Positions 48,802-58,223 of a DNA stretch of 64,000 nt are shown here, piece after piece; the first letter of the stretch is position 1; each line of letters starts with the position of its first letter. The stretch is taken from the NCBI GenBank assembly GCA_965197645.1, contig OZ240219.1, forward strand, positions 128,001 through 192,000, written 5' to 3'. Origin of the DNA: Dehalococcoidia bacterium (GTDB lineage Bacteria > Chloroflexota > Dehalococcoidia > Plut-88900). Under the pieces are notes generated by a model. It was not told the DNA's origin and searched no databases. It worked only from the letters and a program-made list of their open reading frames with translations. The translations under genes and the position numbers were made by a program.

Positions 48802-49656
48802 TCATCGACCGGCAGTGGCCATCAGGTAGTCGGACGGTAGGACGAACTTGTCTCCTCGAACGTAGTCTTCGGAGATCCGCAGGTACTCCGACAAAGCTGC
48901 GGCCCTCTGGTCGTCATTCAGGGCCTCGAGCAGCATGGTAAACATGCCCGCTCCACGCTGAAACCCCTCCCAGAAATCCATGGCTGTGTCCGTAGTGATC
49001 GAGCTTTCCACCAGCTCCACCTTCACCCCAGAAAAACCGGCATCCTCCAGCAACTTCTCCAGCACCCCGGGAGTTCCCAGGCGTGTGATGTAGCCGTAAT
49101 CGATGGGCAGCGAATCTCCGCCGGCGGATCGAAGGCTTCGGGCCAGCACCCCGAGAAACACCGACCGATCGGGGGTAGCCCAGACCCTCAACGCCAACCT
49201 GCCGCCGGGTTTCAACACCCTGGCCATCTCGGACGCGGCCAGCTCCGGATCGGGTATGTGCATCAGGCCGTAGGAGCAGAGCACGGCGTCGAAGGATGCG
49301 TCGGCGAACTCCAGCCGCTCGGCATCCATCACCTGGAACCGGGCCGGGCTGCCGACCTTTCCGGCGTTGGATGTGGCCTCGCCCCGCATAGCCGGCGAGA
49401 GGTCCACCCCGATGGTGGTACCCTCCGGGCCGGCCAGCCTGGAGGCCTCGATGGTGAGCCATCCGGGCCCGCAGCAGATGTCCAGTATGGCGCCGCCGGT
49501 CGAGACGTTGATCGAGGACAGGAGCCGTCTCCTGCCCTCGTCGGCGCCCTCGCTGTCCCCGGCGCCATAGGTTGTGGCGACGCGGTCGTAGCTTTTTCGT
49601 TCGAAGGACTTGATCGTCTTCCCGTCGGCGACCTTCACCGGTATAGGTTCAGTCAT
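48802..49656 (-). CDS. class I SAM-dependent methyltransferase (UbiE-like)
   Basis: ILDICCGPG, GVDLS, DAERLEFADASFD, RVLKPGGRL. Confidence 0.88.
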   Translation of the reverse strand: MTEPIPVKVADGKTIKSFERKSYDRVATTYGAGDSEGADEGRRRLLSSINVSTGGAILDICCGPGWLTIEASRLAGPEGTTIGVDLSPAMRGEATSNAGKVGSPARFQVMDAERLEFADASFDAVLCSYGLMHIPDPELAASEMARVLKPGGRLALRVWATPDRSVFLGVLARSLRSAGGDSLPIDYGYITRLGTPGVLEKLLEDAGFSGVKVELVESSITTDTAMDFWEGFQRGAGMFTMLLEALNDDQRAAALSEYLRISEDYVRGDKFVLPSDYLMATAGR

Positions 49657-49670
49657 CGGTCCTCCTGAGT

Positions 49671-50177
49671 CTAACCCCCGTAGAACACCTTCTCGCCCAG
49701 ATCACGCATCCAAAGGGTTGCCTCGTCGACGCGGCCCTCGCCCAGGTCCTGGCGCACGCCCGCTTCGACCACTTCGCCGATAAATATGGAGTGGTCGCCC
49801 TTCTCTACCGTATCGGTGAGCTTGCACTCGAACCAGGCCGGCGTGCTCAGCAGGACAGGTGCGCCGGAGGCGCCCTTCTCAAAGGCTTCTCCACCTATCG
49901 AGTCGCCGTCCCGCTCGTGGGACTTGAAGAAGTTGAAGGCGAGCCCCTGCTGTCCCTTGCCCAACACGTTAACGGCGAAGGTCCCGCACTCCTTGATGAT
50001 GGAATGGGCCCCTGAGTCTGCCTTCACGCCTAAGGCCACCTGGGGCGGTGCGAAAGAGGACTGGGTTAGCCAGTTGACCGTGGCTGCGGCCACGGCGCCG
50101 TCGCTTCCCTCTGCGGTGAGGATGTACATACCGTAGGGGATCATCCTCAGGGCGGTCTTCTTTGCGTCTTCGTCCAT
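49671..50177 (-). CDS. flavin reductase (DIM6/NTAB) family protein
   Basis: LRMIPYGMY, QSSFAPP, GDHSIFIGEV. Confidence 0.9.
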   Translation of the reverse strand: MDEDAKKTALRMIPYGMYILTAEGSDGAVAAATVNWLTQSSFAPPQVALGVKADSGAHSIIKECGTFAVNVLGKGQQGLAFNFFKSHERDGDSIGGEAFEKGASGAPVLLSTPAWFECKLTDTVEKGDHSIFIGEVVEAGVRQDLGEGRVDEATLWMRDLGEKVFYGG

Positions 50178-50316
50178 GCTTCTCTCCTCCTATGCGTGGG
50201 GAGGTAGGAACAAATCTGTGCCATTTCCCCAATTTGGGTGTATTATATCAGACGCATTATTGGGCGAAACGGTAGGCAGCCCGAAAAGTCCGACTAGGCG
50301 GTAGGAGGAGACCCCA

Positions 50317-51480
50317 ATGGATTACAAGCTGATATCGGCGGACACTCACCTGGACGTGACCTGGCTTCCGGGCGATCTATTCACCAGTCGCGCCCCCGCT
50401 CACCTCAAGGACAAGATGCCCTATGTGGCAGAGGGAGAAGCCGGCAAGGAGCAATGGGAGATAGAAGGTGAGTTAATGTGCGGCGTCGGAGGCGGGGGGC
50501 TGAGCGGTGAGTTCGCCGATTACGTCCCAGGCGAATCTCATCACCTGGACAGGATGGCGGAGGTGGGGTTCTTCGATGGGGTCAAGGACGGGATCTACCA
50601 TCCCTCGGACGCCGGGCTGCGGGTCAAGGACCAGGACATCGACGGCGTAGACGCCGAAGTGATGTACGGAATCCTCGGAATCGGCGGCGGCGGTTTCTCC
50701 GGCCCCGGATTCAAAGACGACGAGGTCACGACAGCCATCTACGACGCCTACAACGAGTGGGTGGCGGACTTCGTAAGGCCCGAGGCCGACCGCATCGCCG
50801 CCCTGGGATGCTTGAGCAGCCACGACCCGGAGGTTGCCGCCAGGCAGGTGCTCCGAGGCGCTGAGCTGGGACTGCGAGGCGCGGAGATCAACGTCGGCAA
50901 GATGCACAAGCCCGTCTATCACAAGGACTGGGAGGTGCTCTGGCAGGCCTCGTCGGAGACGAATATCCCCATATCCTTCCACACCTTGGGCGTTCCTCAT
51001 CGGACGCCCGATCCCGCGGACGAGGAGGCCTACGAGCGGATAAACATCGGGCTGGGGTACATCCTGTTCCAGCTCTCGGGCGCCGAGTTCCTGTCGAGCA
51101 TAGTGCTCTCCGGCGCCTGCGAACGCAACCCGAACTTCCAGTTCGTGCTCGGTGAGTGCGGCATTGGCTGGATACCCTATATTATCGAGAGAACGGACAT
51201 AGAGTACGCAGACCGGCTCTTCAAGCTGGGCCTGGAGCTGAAACCGAGCGAGTACTGGCGCAGGCAGGGGTACTCCACTTTCCAGGAGGAGTACGTCTCC
51301 ACTGATGAGATCGAGCGGATCGGCATCGACAACATCATGTGGGGCTCCGACTACCCTCATCCCGACGGCGTGTTCCCCGACTCCGTCAAGGCGATATCAG
51401 ATGGAATGGGGCACCTGGACAGTTCGATCCGGCAGAAAATCGTCTGCGATACCGCGGTAAAGGTCTATCAGTTCAACTAG
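50317..51480 (+). CDS. amidohydrolase_2 family protein (tandem copy 1)
   Basis: ISADTH, ISFH, GECGIGWIP, MWGSDYPHPD. Confidence 0.9.
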   Translation: MDYKLISADTHLDVTWLPGDLFTSRAPAHLKDKMPYVAEGEAGKEQWEIEGELMCGVGGGGLSGEFADYVPGESHHLDRMAEVGFFDGVKDGIYHPSDAGLRVKDQDIDGVDAEVMYGILGIGGGGFSGPGFKDDEVTTAIYDAYNEWVADFVRPEADRIAALGCLSSHDPEVAARQVLRGAELGLRGAEINVGKMHKPVYHKDWEVLWQASSETNIPISFHTLGVPHRTPDPADEEAYERINIGLGYILFQLSGAEFLSSIVLSGACERNPNFQFVLGECGIGWIPYIIERTDIEYADRLFKLGLELKPSEYWRRQGYSTFQEEYVSTDEIERIGIDNIMWGSDYPHPDGVFPDSVKAISDGMGHLDSSIRQKIVCDTAVKVYQFN

Positions 51481-51512
51481 GCGCCAGGGTAGTTGCTACA
51501 GGAGTTTGGGCC

Positions 51513-52667
51513 ATGAAGTACAGCTTGATTTCCGCCGATACCCACATGGACCTGGTGTACATACCGCCGGAAGTGTTCGTGGAGAATACCCCCTCGGAGC
51601 TCAGGGACAAGGTGCCTAGGGTGGAGGATACGGAAGAGGGGCCATACTGGTTCCTGGAGGGCAACAAGGTTGTCCCCTCCGGAAGCGGCGGCCTCAACAG
51701 CAAGGAGTACACCGAGGGTGAGGCCCATCACATGGACCGGATGGCAGAGGTGGGGTTCTTCGATGATGCCGACAGGGGCGTCTATCGCCCCGGCGACCCG
51801 GAGCTGCGTGTGAAGGATATGGACATGGACGGCGTGGACGCCGAGATGATGTACGGCATCCTGGAGATCGGCGCGGGAAGTTTCCTGGGCCCCAAGGTCG
51901 AAGACCAGGCCGTGCTCAACGCCACCTACGATGTCTACAACCAGTGGGTCGCCGATTTCGTAGGGAAGAATCCCACCCGGATGAACGCCCTGGCCTGTCT
52001 GACTCACCAGGACCCCCAGACGGCTGCAGGACAGCTTCGTCGGGCCGCGGACCTGGGCCTGCGCGGCGCCGAGATACTGGTGCCACAGATGATCAAGCCC
52101 CTCTACCACGATGACTGGGACGTCCTGTGGCAGACCTCGGCCGAGCGCCAGGTGCCCATCTCCTTCCACACCCTTGGTCTCCCCTACGCCGTTCCGGACG
52201 ACAAGGAGCGAGAAGAGTACCGTTACGTCATCAGGGGCGTGGGAGAAGCCATGTTCCAGATCGCAGGCGCCGAGTTCATGGTCAGCGTCATCCTTTCCGG
52301 CGCTTGTGAAAGGTTCCCCGACTTCAAGTTCGTGCTGGGCGAGTGCGGCATCGGCTGGATACCCTATGTCATCGAACGAACGGACGTGGAGTACGCCGAT
52401 CGGCTGTTCCAGCTGGGCCTGGACATGAAGCCCAGCGATTACTGGCACCGCCAGGGCCACTCTACCTTTCAACAGGAGTACGTCACGGTGGACGAGGTGG
52501 AGCGGATAGGCGTCGACAGCATCATGTGGGGCTCCGACTACCCCCACCCCGACGGCGTGTTCCCCGACTCCAAGAAGGTCATCGAACAGGGCCTGGGACA
52601 CCTGCCGGCGGACATCTTCAAGAAGATCACCTGCGATAACGCAGCGGCGCTGTACAGGTTCAACTAG
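51513..52667 (+). CDS. amidohydrolase_2 family protein (tandem copy 2)
   Basis: ISADTH, GECGIGWIP, MWGSDYPHPD; ATG 51513 after AGGAG. Confidence 0.9.
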   Translation: MKYSLISADTHMDLVYIPPEVFVENTPSELRDKVPRVEDTEEGPYWFLEGNKVVPSGSGGLNSKEYTEGEAHHMDRMAEVGFFDDADRGVYRPGDPELRVKDMDMDGVDAEMMYGILEIGAGSFLGPKVEDQAVLNATYDVYNQWVADFVGKNPTRMNALACLTHQDPQTAAGQLRRAADLGLRGAEILVPQMIKPLYHDDWDVLWQTSAERQVPISFHTLGLPYAVPDDKEREEYRYVIRGVGEAMFQIAGAEFMVSVILSGACERFPDFKFVLGECGIGWIPYVIERTDVEYADRLFQLGLDMKPSDYWHRQGHSTFQQEYVTVDEVERIGVDSIMWGSDYPHPDGVFPDSKKVIEQGLGHLPADIFKKITCDNAAALYRFN

Positions 52668-52692
52668 CCCGAAAACAGAGGAGGGACCCGGG

Positions 52693-53844
52693 GTGGCGTA
52701 CAACGTGATCTCCGCCGATACTCACCTGGACGTGACGTGGTTGCCGGGAGACGTGTTCGTGGAGAACGCCCCGGCCGGACTCAAAGAGCGGATGCCCCGT
52801 GTGGAGGAGACGGATCGGGGGTCCATGTGGTTTGTCGAAGACGAAGAGATGGCCCGGGTGGGCGGCTTTGTCAAGTACACCCCCGGCCACTCCCGCCACA
52901 TGGACCGCATGGCCGAGGTAGGTTTCTACGACGGTATGGATGAGGGAATCTATCACCCCGCCGTGGCCGAGCTGCGAATCAAGGACCAGGACATCGATGG
53001 GGTGGACGCCGAGGTCATCTACGGCATCCTGGGGATCGGCGGGGGAGGGTTCTCGGGCCCGGGCTTCAAAGACCCCACGGTTACTACGGCTGTCTACGAT
53101 ATCTACAACGAGTGGGTAGCCAACTTTGTGAGGGAGTACCCACAGCGCTTCGCGGCGCTGGCCTGCATCACCAGCCACGATCCATCGACCGCAGCACATC
53201 AGCTGAGGAAGGCCGCGGAATGGGGATTAAGGGGCGCGGAGATGAACGTCTCCAAGATGGTGGTCCCACTCTACTACGAGGAGTGGGACGTACTATGGGC
53301 CGCTTCCAACGAAACCCAGATGCCCATCTCCTTCCACACCCTCGGCCTGCCCAGTCGCAAGCCCGACCCGGACAGGGCGGAGAGGTACTATCACGTCAGC
53401 GATGGGGTCAGAGAGGTGCTGTTCCAGCTATCGGGGGCCGAGTTCCTGACCAGTGCGGTCTACTCCGGCGCCTGCGACCGTTTCCCCGACTTCAAGTTCG
53501 TGCTGGGCGAGTGCGGCATCGGCTGGATACCCTACGTCATCGAGCGGATGGACGACGAGTACGAGGACCGTTATCATCCCATAGGCCTCAGCGGCAAACC
53601 CACCGACTTCTGGTACCGGCAGGGCCACTCCACCTTCCAGAAGGAGTACGTCTCGATGGACCAGGTGCAACGGATAGGCGAGAACAACATCATGTGGGGC
53701 TCGGACTACCCACACCGTGACGGCGTGTTTCCCGATTCGAAAAAAGTGATAGAGGACGGCCTAGGACACCTGGACGAATCGGTACGAAAAAAGATACTGT
53801 GCGAGAACGCAGCCCGACTGTACCGCTTTCCCATGAGCGGGTAG
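52693..53844 (+). CDS. amidohydrolase_2 family protein (tandem copy 3)
   Basis: ISADTH, GECGIGWIP, MWGSDYPHRD. Confidence 0.9.
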   Translation: MAYNVISADTHLDVTWLPGDVFVENAPAGLKERMPRVEETDRGSMWFVEDEEMARVGGFVKYTPGHSRHMDRMAEVGFYDGMDEGIYHPAVAELRIKDQDIDGVDAEVIYGILGIGGGGFSGPGFKDPTVTTAVYDIYNEWVANFVREYPQRFAALACITSHDPSTAAHQLRKAAEWGLRGAEMNVSKMVVPLYYEEWDVLWAASNETQMPISFHTLGLPSRKPDPDRAERYYHVSDGVREVLFQLSGAEFLTSAVYSGACDRFPDFKFVLGECGIGWIPYVIERMDDEYEDRYHPIGLSGKPTDFWYRQGHSTFQKEYVSMDQVQRIGENNIMWGSDYPHRDGVFPDSKKVIEDGLGHLDESVRKKILCENAARLYRFPMSG

Positions 53845-53985
53845 CGGTCCTGCAGTTAGCATGATCAAAGGGGGCTTACATGTTGATCGTTTGCGGAGGT
53901 TCCCACACTTTCGCATCTTAACCTCGTCTCGGCGACAATAACGGCGCTCTCTAACAAGGGAGCAGAATGCAGAAGGAGCAGATTC

Positions 53986-55227
53986 GTGAAGTTTCAGATT
54001 TTCGTTCTTCCCACCATTCCAGGCATCGTAGAAGACGGTGAACGGCTCAGGCCCATCGGCCGCAACAACGAGAAGTTCCAGGAGATGTTGGACCAGGTGC
54101 GCCAGATAGCCGTTCGGGCAGACGAGCTTGGGTTCGATTGCTTCTCCACAACGGAGCACCACTTCCACTCCGAGGGATACGAATGCTCCGTCGCGCCGCT
54201 GGTGCTCTACTCGGACCTCGCGGCCCGCACCAAGCAGATCAAGTTCGGCCCCTTGGGACTGGTGCTGCCGTCCTGGGACCCGATCCGGTGCGCCGAAGAG
54301 GTGGCCATGTTGGACCACCTGACCAAGGGGAGGGTCATCGCCGGGTTTGCCCGAGGTTACCAGGACAGGTGGGTCAACGTGATGGGCCAGCAGTACAAGT
54401 CCATCGCCTCCCAGTCCGATGAAAGCCAGGGCGACACCCACAACCGGGAGATCTTCGAAGAGGTGTTCCAGATCATCAAGGCCGCATGGACCCAGGACGC
54501 ATTCGATTACAACGGCAAGTTCTACAAGGTCCCCTACCCCTACGAGGAGGGCATCCAGGGTTGGGCGGCTCAGAAGTGGACCAGCACCAACGGGGCCCCA
54601 GGAGAGCTGGACGATCAGGGAGTCATAAGAAAAGTATCGGTCGTGCCCAAGCCCTACCAGCAACCCCACCCGCCTATCTTCAACGCCTTTTCGGTGAGCG
54701 AGTCCACCGTACGATGGGCGGCCAAGGAAGGGACCATCCCCCACATACAGGTATCCCTTCCCGAGTCCTTCAACCGGCTGTGCCACGTCTACCAGGATAT
54801 TGCAGCGGAGTGCGGCAGGGACCTGAAGCTGGGAGAGAGCGTTGGCGCCTCTCGCGTGGCCTACATCGGTGATACCTACGAAGATGCTTACAATCTGGCG
54901 GTGAAGACCCTGGGATGGAGCTTCGCCGTATATTACAACCAGTTCGGTTTCGCGGAAGGGTTCCGATACCCGGGCGAGGACTCGCCCAAGCCGTTGCGCT
55001 TCGCATCGAAGGAGGAGGCCACCGAACGTCTGGTCGACCAGGGCTACGGTTTGGTGGGCACGGTGGACCAGGTCAAGCGGAAGGTGGAGGAGGTGCACCG
55101 CTGTCATGAGGACGGCGAGCTGGAGTGGTTCGGGTTCCTGGTGGACCAGGGAATGTACCCCTTGGAAGAGGTGCTGGAGCAGGTGGAGCTGTTCGGCACC
55201 AAGGTAATGCCAGAGTTCCAGGGTTGA
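53986..55227 (+). CDS. LLM-class flavin-dependent monooxygenase
   Basis: TEHHFHSEG, AEEVAMLDHLTKGR, PKPYQQPHPP. Confidence 0.9.
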   Translation: MKFQIFVLPTIPGIVEDGERLRPIGRNNEKFQEMLDQVRQIAVRADELGFDCFSTTEHHFHSEGYECSVAPLVLYSDLAARTKQIKFGPLGLVLPSWDPIRCAEEVAMLDHLTKGRVIAGFARGYQDRWVNVMGQQYKSIASQSDESQGDTHNREIFEEVFQIIKAAWTQDAFDYNGKFYKVPYPYEEGIQGWAAQKWTSTNGAPGELDDQGVIRKVSVVPKPYQQPHPPIFNAFSVSESTVRWAAKEGTIPHIQVSLPESFNRLCHVYQDIAAECGRDLKLGESVGASRVAYIGDTYEDAYNLAVKTLGWSFAVYYNQFGFAEGFRYPGEDSPKPLRFASKEEATERLVDQGYGLVGTVDQVKRKVEEVHRCHEDGELEWFGFLVDQGMYPLEEVLEQVELFGTKVMPEFQG

Positions 55228-55328
55228 CTCGAAGAGACTCCTGATTCCTCACTCATTCGGGTCTCGTAGCCTCTTGAACGGCTGGTCCCGACGGTGAGGC
55301 CGATTTAGCCAGGTCAAGGAGCGATGAC

Positions 55329-56099
55329 ATGGCGGGTACCTTCCAAGACAAGGTCGTTTTGGTTACCGGCGGAGCTTCGGGCATCGGGCGGGCCGCCAGC
55401 GTGGCATTTGCCCGTGAAGGAGCGAAGGTGGCCATCGCCGACTTGAACCTTCCGGGCGCCGAAGAAACGGCCCGCATGATAGAGGACACCGGAGGCGTCG
55501 CCACGGCATTCGAGGCCGATGTCAGCAAGTCGGACCAGGTCAGTTCGCTGATCGACAAAGTTGTCCAGTCCTACGGGCGGCTGGACTGCGCCTTCAACAA
55601 TGCCGGCATCATGGGGAGGCCCGGTACCACCGTCGAGTGCACGGAAGAGAACTGGGACAGGGTGATAGCCATCAACCTGAAGAGCGTCTGGCTCTGCATG
55701 AAGTACGAGATACCCCACATGGAGAAACAGGGCGGCGGGTCCATTGTGAACACGGCTTCCATATACGGCCTGGTCGGCGCCGCTGACGGCATCGCCTATA
55801 ACGCCGCCAAGCACGGAGTCATTGGCGTTACCAGGGTAGCGGCCCTGGAGTACGCCACCGCCGGCATCCGGATCAACGCCGTATGTCCCGGCTTTATCCG
55901 GACACCGCTGGCCTTCGAGGGGGGAGTGCCCCCGGATACCGAACCGGAGGTCGAGCAGATGATGTTGTCTCAGACACCCGTGGGACGCCTAGGTGAACCG
56001 GAGGATATCGCCGAAGCGGTGGTCTGGCTAAGCTCCGATGCCGCTTCCTTCGTTACCGGTCACACCATGGCCTCGGATGGCGGGTTCTTGGCCCAATAG
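55329..56099 (+). CDS. SDR family oxidoreductase (tandem copy 1)
   Basis: VTGGASGIG, FNNAG, YNAAK, NAVCPG. Confidence 0.92.
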   Translation: MAGTFQDKVVLVTGGASGIGRAASVAFAREGAKVAIADLNLPGAEETARMIEDTGGVATAFEADVSKSDQVSSLIDKVVQSYGRLDCAFNNAGIMGRPGTTVECTEENWDRVIAINLKSVWLCMKYEIPHMEKQGGGSIVNTASIYGLVGAADGIAYNAAKHGVIGVTRVAALEYATAGIRINAVCPGFIRTPLAFEGGVPPDTEPEVEQMMLSQTPVGRLGEPEDIAEAVVWLSSDAASFVTGHTMASDGGFLAQ

Positions 56100-56157
56100 C
56101 CGTGTTGATGACCGCGGGTATGGAGAGTCCGGTTTAACCAGGTCAAGGAGCGATGAC

Positions 56158-56934
56158 ATGGAGGCCTCCTTCAAAGACAAGATCGTTCTGGTTACCGGTG
56201 GAGCCTCGGGCATCGGGCGAGCCGCCAGCGTGGCGTTCGCCCGTGAGGGAGCGAAGGTAGCCATTGCCGACGTGGATCTCTCCGGGGCCGAAGAAACGGC
56301 TCGCATAATAGAAAATACCGGAGGCGCTGCCACGGTATTCGAAACCGACGTCAGCAAGTCGGACCAGGTGAAATCGCTGATCGACAGTACCGTCCAGCAC
56401 TACGGGAGGCTTGACTGCGCCTTCAACAACGCCGGAATACTGGGGAGGCCTGGAGGCACCGTCGACTGCACAGAAGAGAACTGGGACAGGGTGATAGACG
56501 TTGACCTAAAGAGCGTCTGGCTCTGCATGAAGTACGAGATACCCCAGATGGAGAAGCAGGGCGGCGGGTCCATCGTGAACACCGCTTCCGTCTACGGCTT
56601 GGCCGGATCCCTGGACAGCATCGTCTATAACGCCGCCAAGCATGGCGTAGTCGGTGTTACCAGGGTGGCTGCCCTGGAGTACGCCACCGCCGGCATAAGG
56701 GTCAACGCCATCTGCCCCGGCTACATCGACACCCCGCTGGACTTCGAAGGGAGAACGCCCGAGGATGCCGACGTTAACGCCGAGGTGGGGCAGATGATGT
56801 TGTCACGGACACCCCTGGGACGCCTGGGCGAGCCGGAGGATATCGCTGAAGCGGTGGTCTGGCTCTCCTCCGATGCCGCTTCCTTCGTCACCGGTCACAC
56901 CATGACCTCGGATGGCGGGTATTTAGCTCAATAG
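56158..56934 (+). CDS. SDR family oxidoreductase (tandem copy 2)
   Basis: VTGGASGIG, FNNAG, YNAAK; near-duplicate of copy 1. Confidence 0.92.
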   Translation: MEASFKDKIVLVTGGASGIGRAASVAFAREGAKVAIADVDLSGAEETARIIENTGGAATVFETDVSKSDQVKSLIDSTVQHYGRLDCAFNNAGILGRPGGTVDCTEENWDRVIDVDLKSVWLCMKYEIPQMEKQGGGSIVNTASVYGLAGSLDSIVYNAAKHGVVGVTRVAALEYATAGIRVNAICPGYIDTPLDFEGRTPEDADVNAEVGQMMLSRTPLGRLGEPEDIAEAVVWLSSDAASFVTGHTMTSDGGYLAQ

Positions 56935-57004
56935 CCGTTTCCCCCGCCGCGGGTAAGGGGGGGACAAGCAGCTGCTCCGGCAAAAGCCGGGTGGACCGAT
57001 AGGG

Positions 57005-57031
57005 TTGACAATGTCCTCATTGGGTTATAAT
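57005..57031 (+). promoter_or_regulatory. possible sigma70 promoter of the Rieske gene
   Basis: Perfect TTGACA and TATAAT but only a 15-nt spacer. Confidence 0.4.
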
Positions 57032-57093
57032 TCGCCGATGCTGAATCCGAATTCAACCGAAGCCTCAGGACTACAAGTGGCGCAGGGAGCGAA

Positions 57094-58200
57094 ATGACCA
57101 CTGTACAGACGAAACCCAGATACGGGATGAAGCCCACCCTCCCCAGTCGATACTACTGGGCTGAGGAGGTCTACCAGCAGGAGAAGGAGCGTGTCTTCTA
57201 CGATTCCTGGTTCTGCATCGGACGGGAGCATGAGATACCAAACGCCGGTGATTTCCTGGCCCGGATGGTTGCCGACGAAAGCATCGTGGTAGTACGGGAC
57301 AAGACCGGCCAGATACACGCCTTCTACAACGTTTGCCGGCACCGGGGAAACCGGCTGTGCACCAAGGAGTCCGGCAGGTTCAAAGGGGGCGCCGTCGCCT
57401 GCGGGTATCACGGCTGGACCTACGCCCTCAACGGAGACCTGCTCGCTACTCCCAACATGGCGGACGTCGAGGGTTTCGACAAGGGGGAGTTCCCTCTCTA
57501 TCGGGTGGCTGTCCAGCTCTGGCACGGGTTCATCATGGTCAATCTCTCCGAATCACCCCAGGCCTTCAATCCGGAGCTGGGCGAGATAGGGAGCAAGCTG
57601 GAGCGGTACAATCTGACCAACCTTCGGGCGGCGCACCGGGAGGTGTATGACGTCCGGGCCAACTGGAAGGTCATACTGGAGAACAACGTTGAGTGTTTCC
57701 ACTGTCCGGGAGTCCACCCCGAGCTGTGCGAAATAGTCCCTAGCTTCGGCACAGGAATCATTGGGCAGGAGAATCCGGACGGCGCTCTCCTCATAGAGGG
57801 TGGAAACACCTTCGCTCCACAGGCCAGAACGGGCAGGCCGTCCATCAGCACCACCACGGAGGTGGACCATGGCCGGTTCAGAAGCCTGACCATCTACCCC
57901 AACCTTTTCCTGGGCCTGCTTCCCGATCACGCGTTCGCCCTTTCCAAGTGGCCGACGGGACCGAAGGAGACCAGGATCATCGTCGATTGGCTATTCGAGC
58001 CGGCGACCATCGAGGCGCCCTCCTTCGATCCCAGCGATACGGTGCGATTCTTGGATATCGTGCTTCGCCAGGACTGGGACATATGCGAACAGGTGCAGAA
58101 GGGACTGCAGTCCCGGGCGTTCAAGGCCGGCGTCTATTCTCCGCAGGAACATCTACCCTACAAATTCAATCAATGGATTCTGGAGCGCTTGGAGAGATAA
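57094..58200 (+). CDS. Rieske non-heme iron oxygenase alpha subunit (GbcA/choline monooxygenase-like)
   Basis: NVCRHRG...CGYHGW Rieske motif; ANWK..ENNVECFHCPGVHP; QDWDICE. Confidence 0.92.
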   Translation: MTTVQTKPRYGMKPTLPSRYYWAEEVYQQEKERVFYDSWFCIGREHEIPNAGDFLARMVADESIVVVRDKTGQIHAFYNVCRHRGNRLCTKESGRFKGGAVACGYHGWTYALNGDLLATPNMADVEGFDKGEFPLYRVAVQLWHGFIMVNLSESPQAFNPELGEIGSKLERYNLTNLRAAHREVYDVRANWKVILENNVECFHCPGVHPELCEIVPSFGTGIIGQENPDGALLIEGGNTFAPQARTGRPSISTTTEVDHGRFRSLTIYPNLFLGLLPDHAFALSKWPTGPKETRIIVDWLFEPATIEAPSFDPSDTVRFLDIVLRQDWDICEQVQKGLQSRAFKAGVYSPQEHLPYKFNQWILERLER

Positions 58201-58223
58201 CCGATCAACAGGGGAGGTACGTT

